NCBI GenBank assembly: GCA_963667035.1
Contig: OY762964.1
Location: forward strand, 1,632,001-1,696,000
Origin: Candidatus Cloacimonadales bacterium
Lineage (GTDB): Bacteria; Cloacimonadota; Cloacimonadia; Cloacimonadales; JAFGVF01
DNA: 64,000 bases
Reading direction: 5' to 3'
The translations under genes were made by a program, and so were the position numbers. The notes below the pieces were generated by a model, which ran no database searches, was not told where the DNA came from, and saw only the letters and a list, made by a program, of their open reading frames with translations. Positions 1 to 9,732 of this stretch are shown here, piece by piece (the first letter of the stretch is position 1; each line of letters begins with the position of its first letter).

Positions 1-232
1 TTTCGGGTTCAGACGAAGTATACTACACAGTGTACGCAGGACGTACTCTGCTTTATTTGTAAAACTATCATCTGTTTTGATGAGAATATTAATATTGGGG
101 AAACTGTCCATCGCTTACCAAGCCTCTATATTTTTAGACAATTTATACTTATTCTCTAATAAATCAAGAAATTTATGAAACTTTTTCTAACTGATTGATA
201 TACCTAATTTTACTAATTTGCTCCTTTCATAG

Positions 233-1045
233 TTATCTTATATTCTTAGCTGTAGAGCACATTGTCGTTACTGTCATGAGATAACGGTAAAATTCTTTAT
301 AGTCATGAGCCTCATATTCTGTCTTTCGAGGGGATACGGTTGTTACTCCCGGAATTATTCCCGCCAGATAAGCTCTGACTGAATCGGTAAATGTGATTTC
401 TACTTTCACAGGATACTTTAAAGCAAGACACTTAACTTCTGTTTTCACAGTATCTTTCCCTGCTCTTATGAGTTTGTTTTTGATAACAATCGGTGGCTCC
501 ATAACTCCTGAAAAACGGGATATTGCCGTTTTGCTCTCAACGAATACAGCATTGTGAAAATGTTCTTTGGCAAAATCAACACCTTTATTGTCACCGTAAT
601 AGCAAGCTGTAGGTACTCCCAATTCCGAGCTGTAATAGCTATTTATAAGAGCTTCATCGACAATCTGTCCATTAACCTTTACTTCATAGAACGAAGAAGA
701 GGAGTAGCTGTGATCCATCATTCCGCCACCACCTATCGGACTATGATATCCGAATAGGATTAGTTTATCGAAACTTGAATCCAATCCTTCAACCATATAG
801 AATGTTCTAGGATATCCTCTCACCAATTTCACGTATTCAGGCATCATATCCCAATGGATGTTATTTCCGTCATTATGTGAGTCACAAAGCACAATTTCCG
901 CATCGGGATCAGCTTCTTTAATCCCTTTCATGTATGATAATATCTGTTCGGTAGCATGCTTTTCATGGCGAAAGCTATTCTCGGTTTCTCTCCAGAAAGC
1001 AATTCCTGCTATTCCTTCAAAATCAAACGATATAAAGTATTTCAT
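233..1045 (-). CDS. dppA: D-aminopeptidase, peptidase M55 family
   Basis: N-terminal SFDFEGIAG, DSH, GYH and DHSY motifs typical of M55; 270 aa. Confidence 0.85.
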   Translation of the reverse strand: MKYFISFDFEGIAGIAFWRETENSFRHEKHATEQILSYMKGIKEADPDAEIVLCDSHNDGNNIHWDMMPEYVKLVRGYPRTFYMVEGLDSSFDKLILFGYHSPIGGGGMMDHSYSSSSFYEVKVNGQIVDEALINSYYSSELGVPTACYYGDNKGVDFAKEHFHNAVFVESKTAISRFSGVMEPPIVIKNKLIRAGKDTVKTEVKCLALKYPVKVEITFTDSVRAYLAGIIPGVTTVSPRKTEYEAHDYKEFYRYLMTVTTMCSTAKNIR

Positions 1046-1053
1046 ATTATCTC

Positions 1054-2364
1054 CTATCCTGCATGATTCTTAATCCAGTCCGATATATCCTTAATCACAT
1101 TTTTGGAAACAAATTTCTTCTCTTTATAGCTATCGGGTGTTGATTTCCCTTTGCATTCCATGAAAAGATGATCAAGTAGGGGATAACTTATAAACGAGAA
1201 GTTATCACTATTCACTCCTGCAGATTTCCACTCTTTAAAATCTACCATTGTCACTTGATAATCCTTTTCCCCTTGCATCACGAGTATGGGATAAGCCATT
1301 TTCATAAATTCTGCTACTTGGTCATAACTGTTCAGATAGAGCCAATATGGCTTTGGTAAATCCAATAATAACGGATTTGTTTCGACGCTATCATTCGTTA
1401 AATTCTTGATTACCTTCACTTGCTCTTCAGTCTGTTTTAGAATTTCGTTTTCATCAGCATCCGTTCCATTCATAGCAAATATTTTACGGTACTGTTCCAG
1501 TATCACATCTTCAAGCTTAAAGGCCGTGCCTGCCATCATTATATATCCTGAAAAGCTATTATTGTCGTTAGCTATACCGGGGATAATCGTTGCTCCCAGA
1601 CTATGTCCTAAGAGGTAAATCTGTCTATTCGGGAATGTTTGTTTTGTCCATTCGATTGCAGAGTTAACCTCTGTTATGTATTCGTCTTCCAGAGTGAAAT
1701 CAGGTATATCATTCATAATCTGCGGATAATCTTTAGTTCGTTTATTCCATCTTACAGTTGCTATACCTTTATTTCCCAATCCATAAGCAATGTCTCTGAA
1801 AGGTTTTCTACTATATATACTTTCATCCATATCATTAGGACCGGAGCCTGTTATCATTAATACTACAGGATAAACTTTTGTATCTTTGGGGATTACTGAT
1901 TTACCTTTAATTTTATAATTTCCGCAATTGAATGCTATATCTTCCTCTGTGATGTTTTCCTTGTTGAGATAATCGGGGAGTACAACCTTCTCTTCCGGTT
2001 TCGGTGTTGAGGACATTGTAAAGAATAATCCGGCTATCTTGTCTTCGGTATCTACCGTAATCTTCATATCCATTACCGCATTTTCAAAGTTTAGACTAAG
2101 AATAACTATGCTCATATCGTTCGTCTTAGTTAAGTCCTCTTTAATAATTCCGTTGAGTTTTCCCATTTGAAGAGGTAGAGTTTCCCAAATCTCTTTTAGT
2201 TTATCTTCCGATAAAGCGTTTTGCATAATAGTTGAACTCATTTCAAAGGCTTTGTTGTACATACCTTCATTGAGATAATTGTAATACATTTTAGCTGTGG
2301 AAACCTCGTCAGCACATAACATCGCTACACCGAAGATAATTAAGGATAAGATTATATATCTCAT
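1054..2364 (-). CDS. Secreted alpha/beta hydrolase with N-terminal DUF3887-like domain
   Basis: Signal peptide; GSGPNDMDE, GHSLG nucleophile, QGEKDYQV, LDHLF. Confidence 0.85.
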   Translation of the reverse strand: MRYIILSLIIFGVAMLCADEVSTAKMYYNYLNEGMYNKAFEMSSTIMQNALSEDKLKEIWETLPLQMGKLNGIIKEDLTKTNDMSIVILSLNFENAVMDMKITVDTEDKIAGLFFTMSSTPKPEEKVVLPDYLNKENITEEDIAFNCGNYKIKGKSVIPKDTKVYPVVLMITGSGPNDMDESIYSRKPFRDIAYGLGNKGIATVRWNKRTKDYPQIMNDIPDFTLEDEYITEVNSAIEWTKQTFPNRQIYLLGHSLGATIIPGIANDNNSFSGYIMMAGTAFKLEDVILEQYRKIFAMNGTDADENEILKQTEEQVKVIKNLTNDSVETNPLLLDLPKPYWLYLNSYDQVAEFMKMAYPILVMQGEKDYQVTMVDFKEWKSAGVNSDNFSFISYPLLDHLFMECKGKSTPDSYKEKKFVSKNVIKDISDWIKNHAG

Positions 2365-3020
2365 ATCTCAGTCCTTTTAAAGAGTATGAATGAATAAACA
2401 ACCGGTATCAGTACACATAGCATAAAAACGGCAAATGCTACTATTGAAGCTATAGGTTGTCTGGGAAACATTGAAGCAACAGCTGTGACGACACCTCCCA
2501 TTACAAAGCTTTTTCCTCCTAGTCTGTGTGTCTTATGCCAATTTTCTTCGGAGTTTAATGCCCAAGGTGTTCTAATTCCGGCAAAGAAATTCTGGGGTAT
2601 CTTAGGTAACAGATTGCCAATTGCCACAAACATAATACCGATTATTGCCAATACGTAGTTACCTCTTTCGCCTATCTGAGGATATTTAGACAGATACATG
2701 CTGTAAATATGGATAAGTCCGAAAAAGAAGTTCATTAATCCGGTGAACTGAGGTATTATCTTTTTGAATCTCTCTTTACCTTCTCTGTATTTCGGTGAGA
2801 TAAAGGGAAGAAGTACCATCAATAATAAAATGAAGACGTTCGTCCCTATGAACAATGCCGAGGCTTTTAATATCGGCATCCATCCGTCTACTTCTCCTCT
2901 TATGTTCCAATGAGTAGGGATTACGGCTCTGCTTCCCATTGTTATAAAGAATCTCATAGAAACTATGATTTGTAATAGAATAACAGTTAAACTCAATATG
3001 TATTTCTTAATGCTTTTCAT
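2361..3020 (-). CDS. SdpI-family membrane immunity protein (DUF1648)
   Basis: IPTHWNIRGEVDGW, N-x-x-x-GIRTPWAL, WHKTHR motifs; multiple TM segments. Confidence 0.85.
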   Translation of the reverse strand: MKSIKKYILSLTVILLQIIVSMRFFITMGSRAVIPTHWNIRGEVDGWMPILKASALFIGTNVFILLLMVLLPFISPKYREGKERFKKIIPQFTGLMNFFFGLIHIYSMYLSKYPQIGERGNYVLAIIGIMFVAIGNLLPKIPQNFFAGIRTPWALNSEENWHKTHRLGGKSFVMGGVVTAVASMFPRQPIASIVAFAVFMLCVLIPVVYSFILFKRTEI

Positions 3021-3300
3021 TCTTTTCTTCCTTTTTAATAGTGATTATATCCATGAAATATGCTACTACATCCTCAAACACTGATGTGTTAAGAAAGTAA
3101 TGAACATATTGTCCCTTCTTCTCTGAATATACTAGATTGGCATGTTTTAGAAGTTTTAAATGCTCGCTAACTGAGGGCTGAGCAATCGAGAACTCCTTGG
3201 CAATATCCCCGACGGTCAGATTATCGTGATTCTTAAGTAGCTGAAGAATCTTTCTTCGATTGGGATCTGACAGTGCTTTGAATACATTATCTTTTAACAC
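3007..3300 (-). CDS. ArsR/SdpR-family transcriptional repressor
   Basis: FKALSDPNRRKIL...SVSEHLKLLKHANLV...KGQYVHY; directly upstream of SdpI-like gene. Confidence 0.9.
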   Translation of the reverse strand: MLKDNVFKALSDPNRRKILQLLKNHDNLTVGDIAKEFSIAQPSVSEHLKLLKHANLVYSEKKGQYVHYFLNTSVFEDVVAYFMDIITIKKEEKNEKH

Positions 3301-3417
3301 ATAAACTCCTTTCTTAGATATATAGGTAATAAACTATACGCCTATGTGACTGTCAATGTTTTTCTCTTATGAATGTGATTCCTTAACGGTTTTGCTTCAT
3401 AAACAGTGCAGTTTGCA

Positions 3418-3448
3418 ATAGCTTACGCTATTTATACCTTCTATAAAT
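3418..3448 (+). repeat. Left copy of 31-bp direct repeat flanking the prophage
   Basis: ATAGCTTACGCTATTTATACCTTCTATAAAT, identical to 32424-32454. Confidence 0.95.
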
Positions 3449-3455
3449 AACCGCC

Positions 3456-3672
3456 GACACCCAAAATGGCGAATCTTGACAAGCAAAATGGCGAAAGTTT
3501 GCCTTTGTTTTGTGTAACTCTAAATATTTGTTGATTTAGCCTTTCCTTAGTTGGTCACACTATTTACCTTAGTCTTTCCTTAGTCACTTTCCTTAGTCAC
3601 TTACATTTGCCTTAGTCATTGCCTTTATTGACACCCAAAATGGCGAAAGTTTGCCTTTGTTTTGCCTTAGTC
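3456..3672 (+). repeat. Prophage tail-side end: candidate transposase-binding repeats
   Basis: AAAATGGCGAA at 3463, 3485, 3637; several CCTTAGT copies 3545-3670; 3632-3648 is the exact reverse complement of 32214-32230. Confidence 0.8.
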
Positions 3673-3848
3673 GATAAAGTAATCCCTTGCAAAAAATGTC
3701 ATAAAAAAAAAGCCCTCCTTAAAGAAAAAAGAAGGCTTGTACCATATTATGAAGGCTATTAATCCTTCAGTATACTAATTGAACACAATACAAATTGTGT
3801 CAACTATGCTCTTACCGGCACGTCATACATGTCTTTATTGCATAGAAT

Positions 3849-4751
3849 TTATGTCTGAGAACCTCCGGAAGCAGTAAATGATGCCTTTTTAAATACTACA
3901 GAAAGAATATAGGTTTTACCCACAACCAAACTGTGTAAATCAATAGCATCTAGGTGATAAATAATGCCCCCTACTACTGGATATGACCCCGGTTTCTTTG
4001 AGTAAGTAAAAATAGGATCGAAACTAGTGCCGTTATCAATATCCAAGTTAAGGCAAACACCCCTAGATATATGGGTCAAAGAAGAGTCTAGATCAGGCTC
4101 TAATGCTAAAAGCTCTTCTTCGGTAACTGATTTAGTTGTTCCCGTTGCAGTGAAGTAGTAAGATACTTGATATACCCTAGAGTATTGCGATTGCGAACGC
4201 TCATCTAGATCGTCAATAACTTCGTCCAAAGGTTCACCAGCGTGCGTCAGGTTAGCACTATCCTTTGCATCTGCATTAAGTTTTTCAGGAGCAATCGTGC
4301 CATCAGAAATACTGGCACCGGTTATAGTCTCCTGCATAATATTGCTGTCATTGACAGATTCTTGAGCCAGCTTAGAGTTACTAACTGCATTAGCTCCGAT
4401 TTTCGTACCTATAACAGCTCCATCAATAAGCTGAGTGGAGCCAATAGCACTACCGGCAATCTTGCTCCCTGTAACAGCTTCATCAGCTATTTTATCTCCA
4501 TTTACAGCCCCGTTTTTAATAGCTTCAGCTGTCACTTGACCGACTGTACATCTGAATCCTGAATCATGATAAGATGCATCTCTATTATCCCAAAGTTCAT
4601 AATACCCGTCAGGAACATTATCATTTGAATAGTATCCTGAATTATTCCCATCAAGAAGCTGAATCTCAGTAGCTCCCTGTATCAATTTTACGGTCAAGCC
4701 GGTTACTGCATTACCGGAGCTGTTCTCAAATTTTAAGCCAAATTTTGCCAT
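3849..4751 (-). CDS. Putative tail fibre / receptor-binding protein
   Basis: Last gene of tail operon; central 10-aa repeats (AVxxxKIAxx) seen in phage tail fibres. Confidence 0.6.
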   Translation of the reverse strand: MAKFGLKFENSSGNAVTGLTVKLIQGATEIQLLDGNNSGYYSNDNVPDGYYELWDNRDASYHDSGFRCTVGQVTAEAIKNGAVNGDKIADEAVTGSKIAGSAIGSTQLIDGAVIGTKIGANAVSNSKLAQESVNDSNIMQETITGASISDGTIAPEKLNADAKDSANLTHAGEPLDEVIDDLDERSQSQYSRVYQVSYYFTATGTTKSVTEEELLALEPDLDSSLTHISRGVCLNLDIDNGTSFDPIFTYSKKPGSYPVVGGIIYHLDAIDLHSLVVGKTYILSVVFKKASFTASGGSQT

Positions 4752-4754
4752 TAT

Positions 4755-5195
4755 TTAGACCTCCTGTACATGTTCAGAACTGAAGGAGAAAATACCTTCA
4801 GTCACGTCAATATTGCTTAAAGTTTCGTAGTTCGAAGAGAAAGTAAGCTTCCATGTATCTTCCATAGTTCGCAGTTTATCAGAAGACTTTGGAAGCTTCT
4901 CAATCTCTATAGGATATGTATATTTAACATCCTGCATATAGTACTGCACATATAGATCATCGGCAGTCTTAATAAAGTCAGTTACTTCATGATATAGCGT
5001 AGCATTACCTATCACTGTCAGGTCGATACTATCCTCATAATAAGGATATCTTCTAATTCTGACATAAGGATTAATCTTTGAGCGTTTATCTATCTTATAT
5101 TTAAGTCCGGGAGTGCGTTCTATTATTCCAAACGGAATAATTTTTAGCTGAACCTGTCCGTAAGGAGTTATATTTATCAATGTAATTTCAATCAT
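4755..5195 (-). CDS. Putative tail-tip protein
   Basis: Position in tail operon, overlapping stop/start; no recognised motif. Confidence 0.45.
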   Translation of the reverse strand: MIEITLINITPYGQVQLKIIPFGIIERTPGLKYKIDKRSKINPYVRIRRYPYYEDSIDLTVIGNATLYHEVTDFIKTADDLYVQYYMQDVKYTYPIEIEKLPKSSDKLRTMEDTWKLTFSSNYETLSNIDVTEGIFSFSSEHVQEV

Positions 5196-6559
5196 ACAGC
5201 TGCCTTAATAATGGTCTCTTGAGTTATTGGATTTATAGTTACTTCAAAGATTGTCAGCACGTCCGGAATATAATCGGGAATATGAGCAACCTGACTGATA
5301 TTGATGCTTCTATTAGGTGTCACTGAAGGAAAGATCCAGCCATCGAGTTTTATTCTTACTTCCCACGTATAAATCGTGCTATATGATTCTAAAACATAGT
5401 TTCTTAGAGTTGTTGTATCTCCTCTTAAAACATCCAATACCGATGTATCTATTGCATCAAAATCAGCTCTATAATAGTCAACATCAACAACCAAATCATT
5501 CGGAATCTGAAATACCGGTAAAGGTGTTCTGGTCCCGGCATTCAAATTCCAAGGATACGACTTCTCAACTGTCAAGACAGCTCCATAGCATAACAGAAAT
5601 GCTTTCAGACAATCTTTAACATTAACGAAGTCGTCTTCGCTTTTACCATAATGCATAATATTGAATCTCGGACCTGTATATACAAGCTTATCATCCCCGC
5701 TTGCATCTTCAACAACCATAGTATAATTAGAATGACTAAACTGTTGCGAACCCAAGTTTAGTTCTTCTAACATTGCATATTTACGATTAATTCTATCAGT
5801 TCTAAAAAAAGATTCATTTATCTCTACACGACCTTCCTTGGTTTCTGACGCAGAACTTTCATCTATGAGCTCAAGACAATAGCCATTAAAATATTTGTAT
5901 TGCTGTATTATCTGCGTTATCTGCCATTTGCTGTATCCCAAAACAGTAAATAACAATCGATAGGAAAGAGTAACAACATATAACTCTCTATCAGGACTGT
6001 TAAGTAATATAAATCCGGTATAGTATGTAGTATTAGTCCCTGCGGTATAATTACTGTTGATAGCCTTGACTTCAAGCCTTAAATCTTCATTAACGTAATT
6101 TATATGATCTTCAATATAGCAGTTAAATCCACAGATACTTTCAAATGCATCTTCAGCTACATCAAGCACATTTCCGGATAATGGAGCTACTTCTATATCA
6201 CTTGCTTCAGCTAAAATGCCTAGCTTATCATAAGCTGTAATAGTGATGTTTTCCGTTTTCCCGTCAGGTTTGCATTTCTTCGGATCAATATATCCGATAA
6301 AGAGATTACCTTCTGGAGGATCATCTATTAAATTACGGTCAATATGCAAAAGAAACTGGCTAATTTCGGACATATCTTGAACAATATTGTTCACAACCCA
6401 TTCATCAGTATCAATCGTTAAAACAACCCTCTGTGGCTCGTAGTATTGAGCCTTAGTTCCTTGAAGTTTGGAAGTACCAAAATCAAGATTCATTAGCTTG
6501 CTTCCGGGTAGCATGTATGAATAAGTATTTGTGATAGTGTTAAAGAATCTGATTCTCAT
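5192..6559 (-). CDS. Putative tail hub/baseplate protein
   Basis: Follows tape measure; 'ITITAYDKLGIL' resembles tail hub proteins. Confidence 0.5.
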   Translation of the reverse strand: MRIRFFNTITNTYSYMLPGSKLMNLDFGTSKLQGTKAQYYEPQRVVLTIDTDEWVVNNIVQDMSEISQFLLHIDRNLIDDPPEGNLFIGYIDPKKCKPDGKTENITITAYDKLGILAEASDIEVAPLSGNVLDVAEDAFESICGFNCYIEDHINYVNEDLRLEVKAINSNYTAGTNTTYYTGFILLNSPDRELYVVTLSYRLLFTVLGYSKWQITQIIQQYKYFNGYCLELIDESSASETKEGRVEINESFFRTDRINRKYAMLEELNLGSQQFSHSNYTMVVEDASGDDKLVYTGPRFNIMHYGKSEDDFVNVKDCLKAFLLCYGAVLTVEKSYPWNLNAGTRTPLPVFQIPNDLVVDVDYYRADFDAIDTSVLDVLRGDTTTLRNYVLESYSTIYTWEVRIKLDGWIFPSVTPNRSINISQVAHIPDYIPDVLTIFEVTINPITQETIIKAAV

Positions 6560-8844
6560 CCTAACTTCCTACTTCTAGCTCCCTGTTCACTGGCATAGTG
6601 CACTTTGCTCGGGTCAGCCTCTTCGACAATCTTGTTTGGATCAATATATACTTCAGCACTAAACTGCTTATCATTCATCACCTGTTTCAGTGATCTAATT
6701 TCATTGATTAAATCAGTGTTATCCTGAACTGGATAACTCGCAGTTGTAGAGATTGCTTTCCGGCTTACCGGTGCTCCATAATTCAAGGCATCAAAATAAT
6801 CTTTTCCATATATATCTACAACGCTTTTACGCATGATATATTCTCCACCTTCAGCTTCCAGATTTATTCCACCGGCGGAGTGTGGTGGACCGACTAAATA
6901 GCCACCCATAGCAGCTTTAAACTTTTGCTCAGAGATAGTAGCAATCTCAGCAACACCGATTGCAGACTGTATTGCCGCCATACCAATAGATATAGGTGGA
7001 GGATATGCAGCAATAGCCTTAGTCACACCTTCTGCCGTGTTCATCGTAGCATTAGCATATGCAAGAGCTTTGCCAATATTGAACATAGTTTTTGACTGTT
7101 CTTGGTAAGCACTCATCAACCTACTTCCGGCATTCAAAATAGCTTTAGACCCAGACAAATATAACTTCTTCCTATCAGCATTAACTTGCTTCTGTTTGGT
7201 AGCAATCTCATCTTCCAATGCAAGCCTTCTGTCTGTACTCATTATCTCCTGAGCAAGAACTTCATTTAGATAACTGATATAGGCTTCCTTCTTCTTGAAT
7301 TGACTCATAGCTGAGTTATTGTAATCTTCTTCATAAAGCCTATTAAACTCATCACGCCACTCTTGCCGAACGCTTTTACCCCAGGACATATTTGCTACCT
7401 TCATATCACTCAATGCAAGAGCATATTCTTTGGACTGGTCTCCATAGGTTTGTTTTACGAATCTCAAGTACTCAAACTGTGCTTGCTTGAGTTCTTCAGC
7501 AGTTGCAAGCCCTACATCTTTCTGAGTTCTCAAAAGCTCAAGTTTCTCAATATATCGCTGCTTCTCAGTCTCTATTTCTTCATTCTTAAGCTTCTCTTTC
7601 TCAGCTTGTGCTGCTTCTTCTCTTTCTATCTCCTCTTTAGCATACTCCTTATCAATTGCTGCAGATAATTCCTTCTCAAGTTCAGTCAAAGCAACATCAG
7701 CTTCAATCTTAGCCTGCTTAAGCTGTTGCCTTTTCGCATTCTCAGCCTGTTCCACAGATAAGTTTTGCTGTTTTGTTGCTTTGAGTTTATTAAGTACCTC
7801 AATCTCTTTTTCAAGTGCTTCTCTTCGTAGAGCATTATCATTAACAATGGCAACCGCTGCATCATTGGAGATGGACATGTCCGCCATAGTAGCTCTGCTT
7901 TTTTCCTGAAGTTTATCAACATTTCTCTGAGTAACTGCTATCTGTTGTTCAATGGAATCAATGCTTGAAGAGCCCCATAATTCAGAAATTGCAAATGCAT
8001 CTTTCATGTAAACATTGCTCTCTTGAGACCAATCATGAATCATGCTAAACATCTGAGTCATCTTTGGAACTATGTTGTTAAGAATAGGCACAAAACTTTC
8101 ACCCAGAATCTCTACAAGGTCACTCCAGTTGCTTGATAACATCTTAACAGGGTCAGCCATTGCTTCAGCCGCACCCTGAGTCTGACCTTCAAGTGCAGCA
8201 AGAATCATTCTTTGGGCATCTGCCTTCTTGTTAGCTTCCACTAAAGACTTAATCATCTCCTTCTCGGTTTCAGTGAAAGTAACACCAACTCGTGCCAGTG
8301 CTGACACACCCTTAACCGGGTCTTCTAATGCTTTACCAAGTTGTATTGTGGAGGACTTAAGATCTTGCCCGAATTGAGCAGATAAATCCATTGCGGCTTT
8401 TGTAGCTCTATCGAATACATCCGGGAGATTAATACTTTTAAAAGTCAGGAAATTACTGATCACTTCATTACTAATTACTTCATCGCCCAATCCGGTTGTT
8501 GCTTGAATTCTTGCAGCGAGACTTTTAAAGTCTTCAGACACAAGACCCAATTGGTTACCGGTAGCTTTTAAGGTGTTTTGCAGTTTCCTGTCAGCTTCCT
8601 CCTGTGCTCTATATGATTGATAAACAGTGCTAACAACACGGTTAACAGCCATATATGCCATTCTTACACCTTGAGCAGCAACTGTAAGGTCTCGGAGCCT
8701 TGCAACTGCGTCTTTTCCATCAACTTTTACCTTGGTGGGAGTACCGGCATCTTTCTTCAGCTTCTTAAGATCGTCGGCAACATTCTGAAGAGTAACCTCT
8801 GCCTTCTTCCCATCAATAATCAGTTCGAGTTTATACTTTTCCAT
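6556..8844 (-). CDS. Tail tape measure protein
   Basis: Ala/Lys/Glu-rich coiled coil; QLGKALEDPVKGVSALARVGVTFT and GPPHSAGGINLEAEGGEYIM motifs typical of TMPs. Confidence 0.92.
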   Translation of the reverse strand: MEKYKLELIIDGKKAEVTLQNVADDLKKLKKDAGTPTKVKVDGKDAVARLRDLTVAAQGVRMAYMAVNRVVSTVYQSYRAQEEADRKLQNTLKATGNQLGLVSEDFKSLAARIQATTGLGDEVISNEVISNFLTFKSINLPDVFDRATKAAMDLSAQFGQDLKSSTIQLGKALEDPVKGVSALARVGVTFTETEKEMIKSLVEANKKADAQRMILAALEGQTQGAAEAMADPVKMLSSNWSDLVEILGESFVPILNNIVPKMTQMFSMIHDWSQESNVYMKDAFAISELWGSSSIDSIEQQIAVTQRNVDKLQEKSRATMADMSISNDAAVAIVNDNALRREALEKEIEVLNKLKATKQQNLSVEQAENAKRQQLKQAKIEADVALTELEKELSAAIDKEYAKEEIEREEAAQAEKEKLKNEEIETEKQRYIEKLELLRTQKDVGLATAEELKQAQFEYLRFVKQTYGDQSKEYALALSDMKVANMSWGKSVRQEWRDEFNRLYEEDYNNSAMSQFKKKEAYISYLNEVLAQEIMSTDRRLALEDEIATKQKQVNADRKKLYLSGSKAILNAGSRLMSAYQEQSKTMFNIGKALAYANATMNTAEGVTKAIAAYPPPISIGMAAIQSAIGVAEIATISEQKFKAAMGGYLVGPPHSAGGINLEAEGGEYIMRKSVVDIYGKDYFDALNYGAPVSRKAISTTASYPVQDNTDLINEIRSLKQVMNDKQFSAEVYIDPNKIVEEADPSKVHYASEQGARSRKLG

Positions 8845-8983
8845 AACTACTCCGCAATACTCGCTTGCTGTCTCACTTTATGAATAACCATTAAACGGTC
8901 GAAAGCCTCAAAGAGGCTTAAACGATCCAGATCTGTATAGCTGTAACCTAAACTCACAAGCATAATCTCAACTTCAACCCAGC

Positions 8984-9271
8984 TTAATCCTTTTCCTTCG
9001 GTATCGGTTCCGGCTTCGGAATATTTTCGCTTGATTCGTCCGGTCTCGATGTTAAGTAGGTAAAAAAATCATTAATGAGTTCTACCCCCCTCATCCCGTC
9101 AATTCTCTCAGCTTCAGGTTCATCATCATCCTTCAAAGCATTAACTAGGTCACGACCTGCGAGGCTGTTATATAGATCCCATTTGCTTTTTGCCTCGGTT
9201 TGATCATATCCATTTTCTTCAAGCACTGCTAGTGCCTTAACAAATTTAGGGAACGGTATTGTCTTTTTCAT
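8984..9271 (-). CDS. Tail assembly chaperone (gpG-like); -1 frameshift form extends to 8847
   Basis: Immediately upstream of TMP; T TTT TTT slippery site at 9062-9068; -1 frame open to TAG at 8847-8849. Confidence 0.8.
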   Translation of the reverse strand: MKKTIPFPKFVKALAVLEENGYDQTEAKSKWDLYNSLAGRDLVNALKDDDEPEAERIDGMRGVELINDFFTYLTSRPDESSENIPKPEPIPKEKD

Positions 9272-9280
9272 TGCATAACC

Positions 9281-9466
9281 TCATAAAAAGTATAGTAGTT
9301 TTATTAGTCCGGCAATCAAGGCTCCGGCAATTATACCAGTTAGCCATGTATTGAATTTTAAAGTTGTTTTGATTTTAACCATTTCGTATTTTAGCCCTGG
9401 CTTTCCATTACCGTAAACCGTGTGTCTAAGTTCTTTAACATCCCTTTCAAGCGATTCTTTGTCCAT
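9281..9466 (-). CDS. Small membrane protein, holin/XhlA-like
   Basis: Coiled coil, GNGKPGL, single C-terminal TM; ATG at 9466 has AGGAGG RBS. Confidence 0.55.
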   Translation of the reverse strand: MDKESLERDVKELRHTVYGNGKPGLKYEMVKIKTTLKFNTWLTGIIAGALIAGLIKLLYFL

Positions 9467-9732
9467 TAATCCTCCTGTGATTCTTCCCACTTAGAATTAC
9501 CAACTACATCATCTATTCTTATTTGTGGATATTCATCTAATAATGTTGGACATCCTGATTCTTCATGATATGAAATTATTGCTTGATTAGATCCATCAAT
9601 ACTAACCCTAACTGAAGATAAAGAATACCTAGCACCAATATCTGGACATTCTCTAATAAGATCTTCCCAAATATGGCATAAAAAATCATAAGGAACCTCT
9701 TTATACAGCCTTCTCAATTGTTGCTCCTCCAT
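9466..9732 (-). CDS. Small phage protein
   Basis: Open frame between neighbours; 'VRVSIDG' resembles small proteins following LamG-type phage genes; start uncertain. Confidence 0.5.
   Translation of the reverse strand: MEEQQLRRLYKEVPYDFLCHIWEDLIRECPDIGARYSLSSVRVSIDGSNQAIISYHEESGCPTLLDEYPQIRIDDVVGNSKWEESQED

Noticed and set aside
3421..3448. dif/Xer site as integration target
   Set aside because: Only about 6/11 and 4/11 matches to E. coli XerD and XerC arms; no TTATG core.
3418..3448. tRNA 3'-end att site with integrase
   Set aside because: No tRNA-like sequence at either junction and no recombinase ORF recognised.
3849..6559. Diversity-generating retroelement or Gin-type tail switch
   Set aside because: No reverse transcriptase, TR/VR pair or invertase found.
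9577..9690. Overlapping 37-aa hydrophobic ORF on - (MIFYAIFGK...)
   Set aside because: Has a plausible RBS but lies within the better-supported 9466-9732 frame; cannot be supported without homologues.
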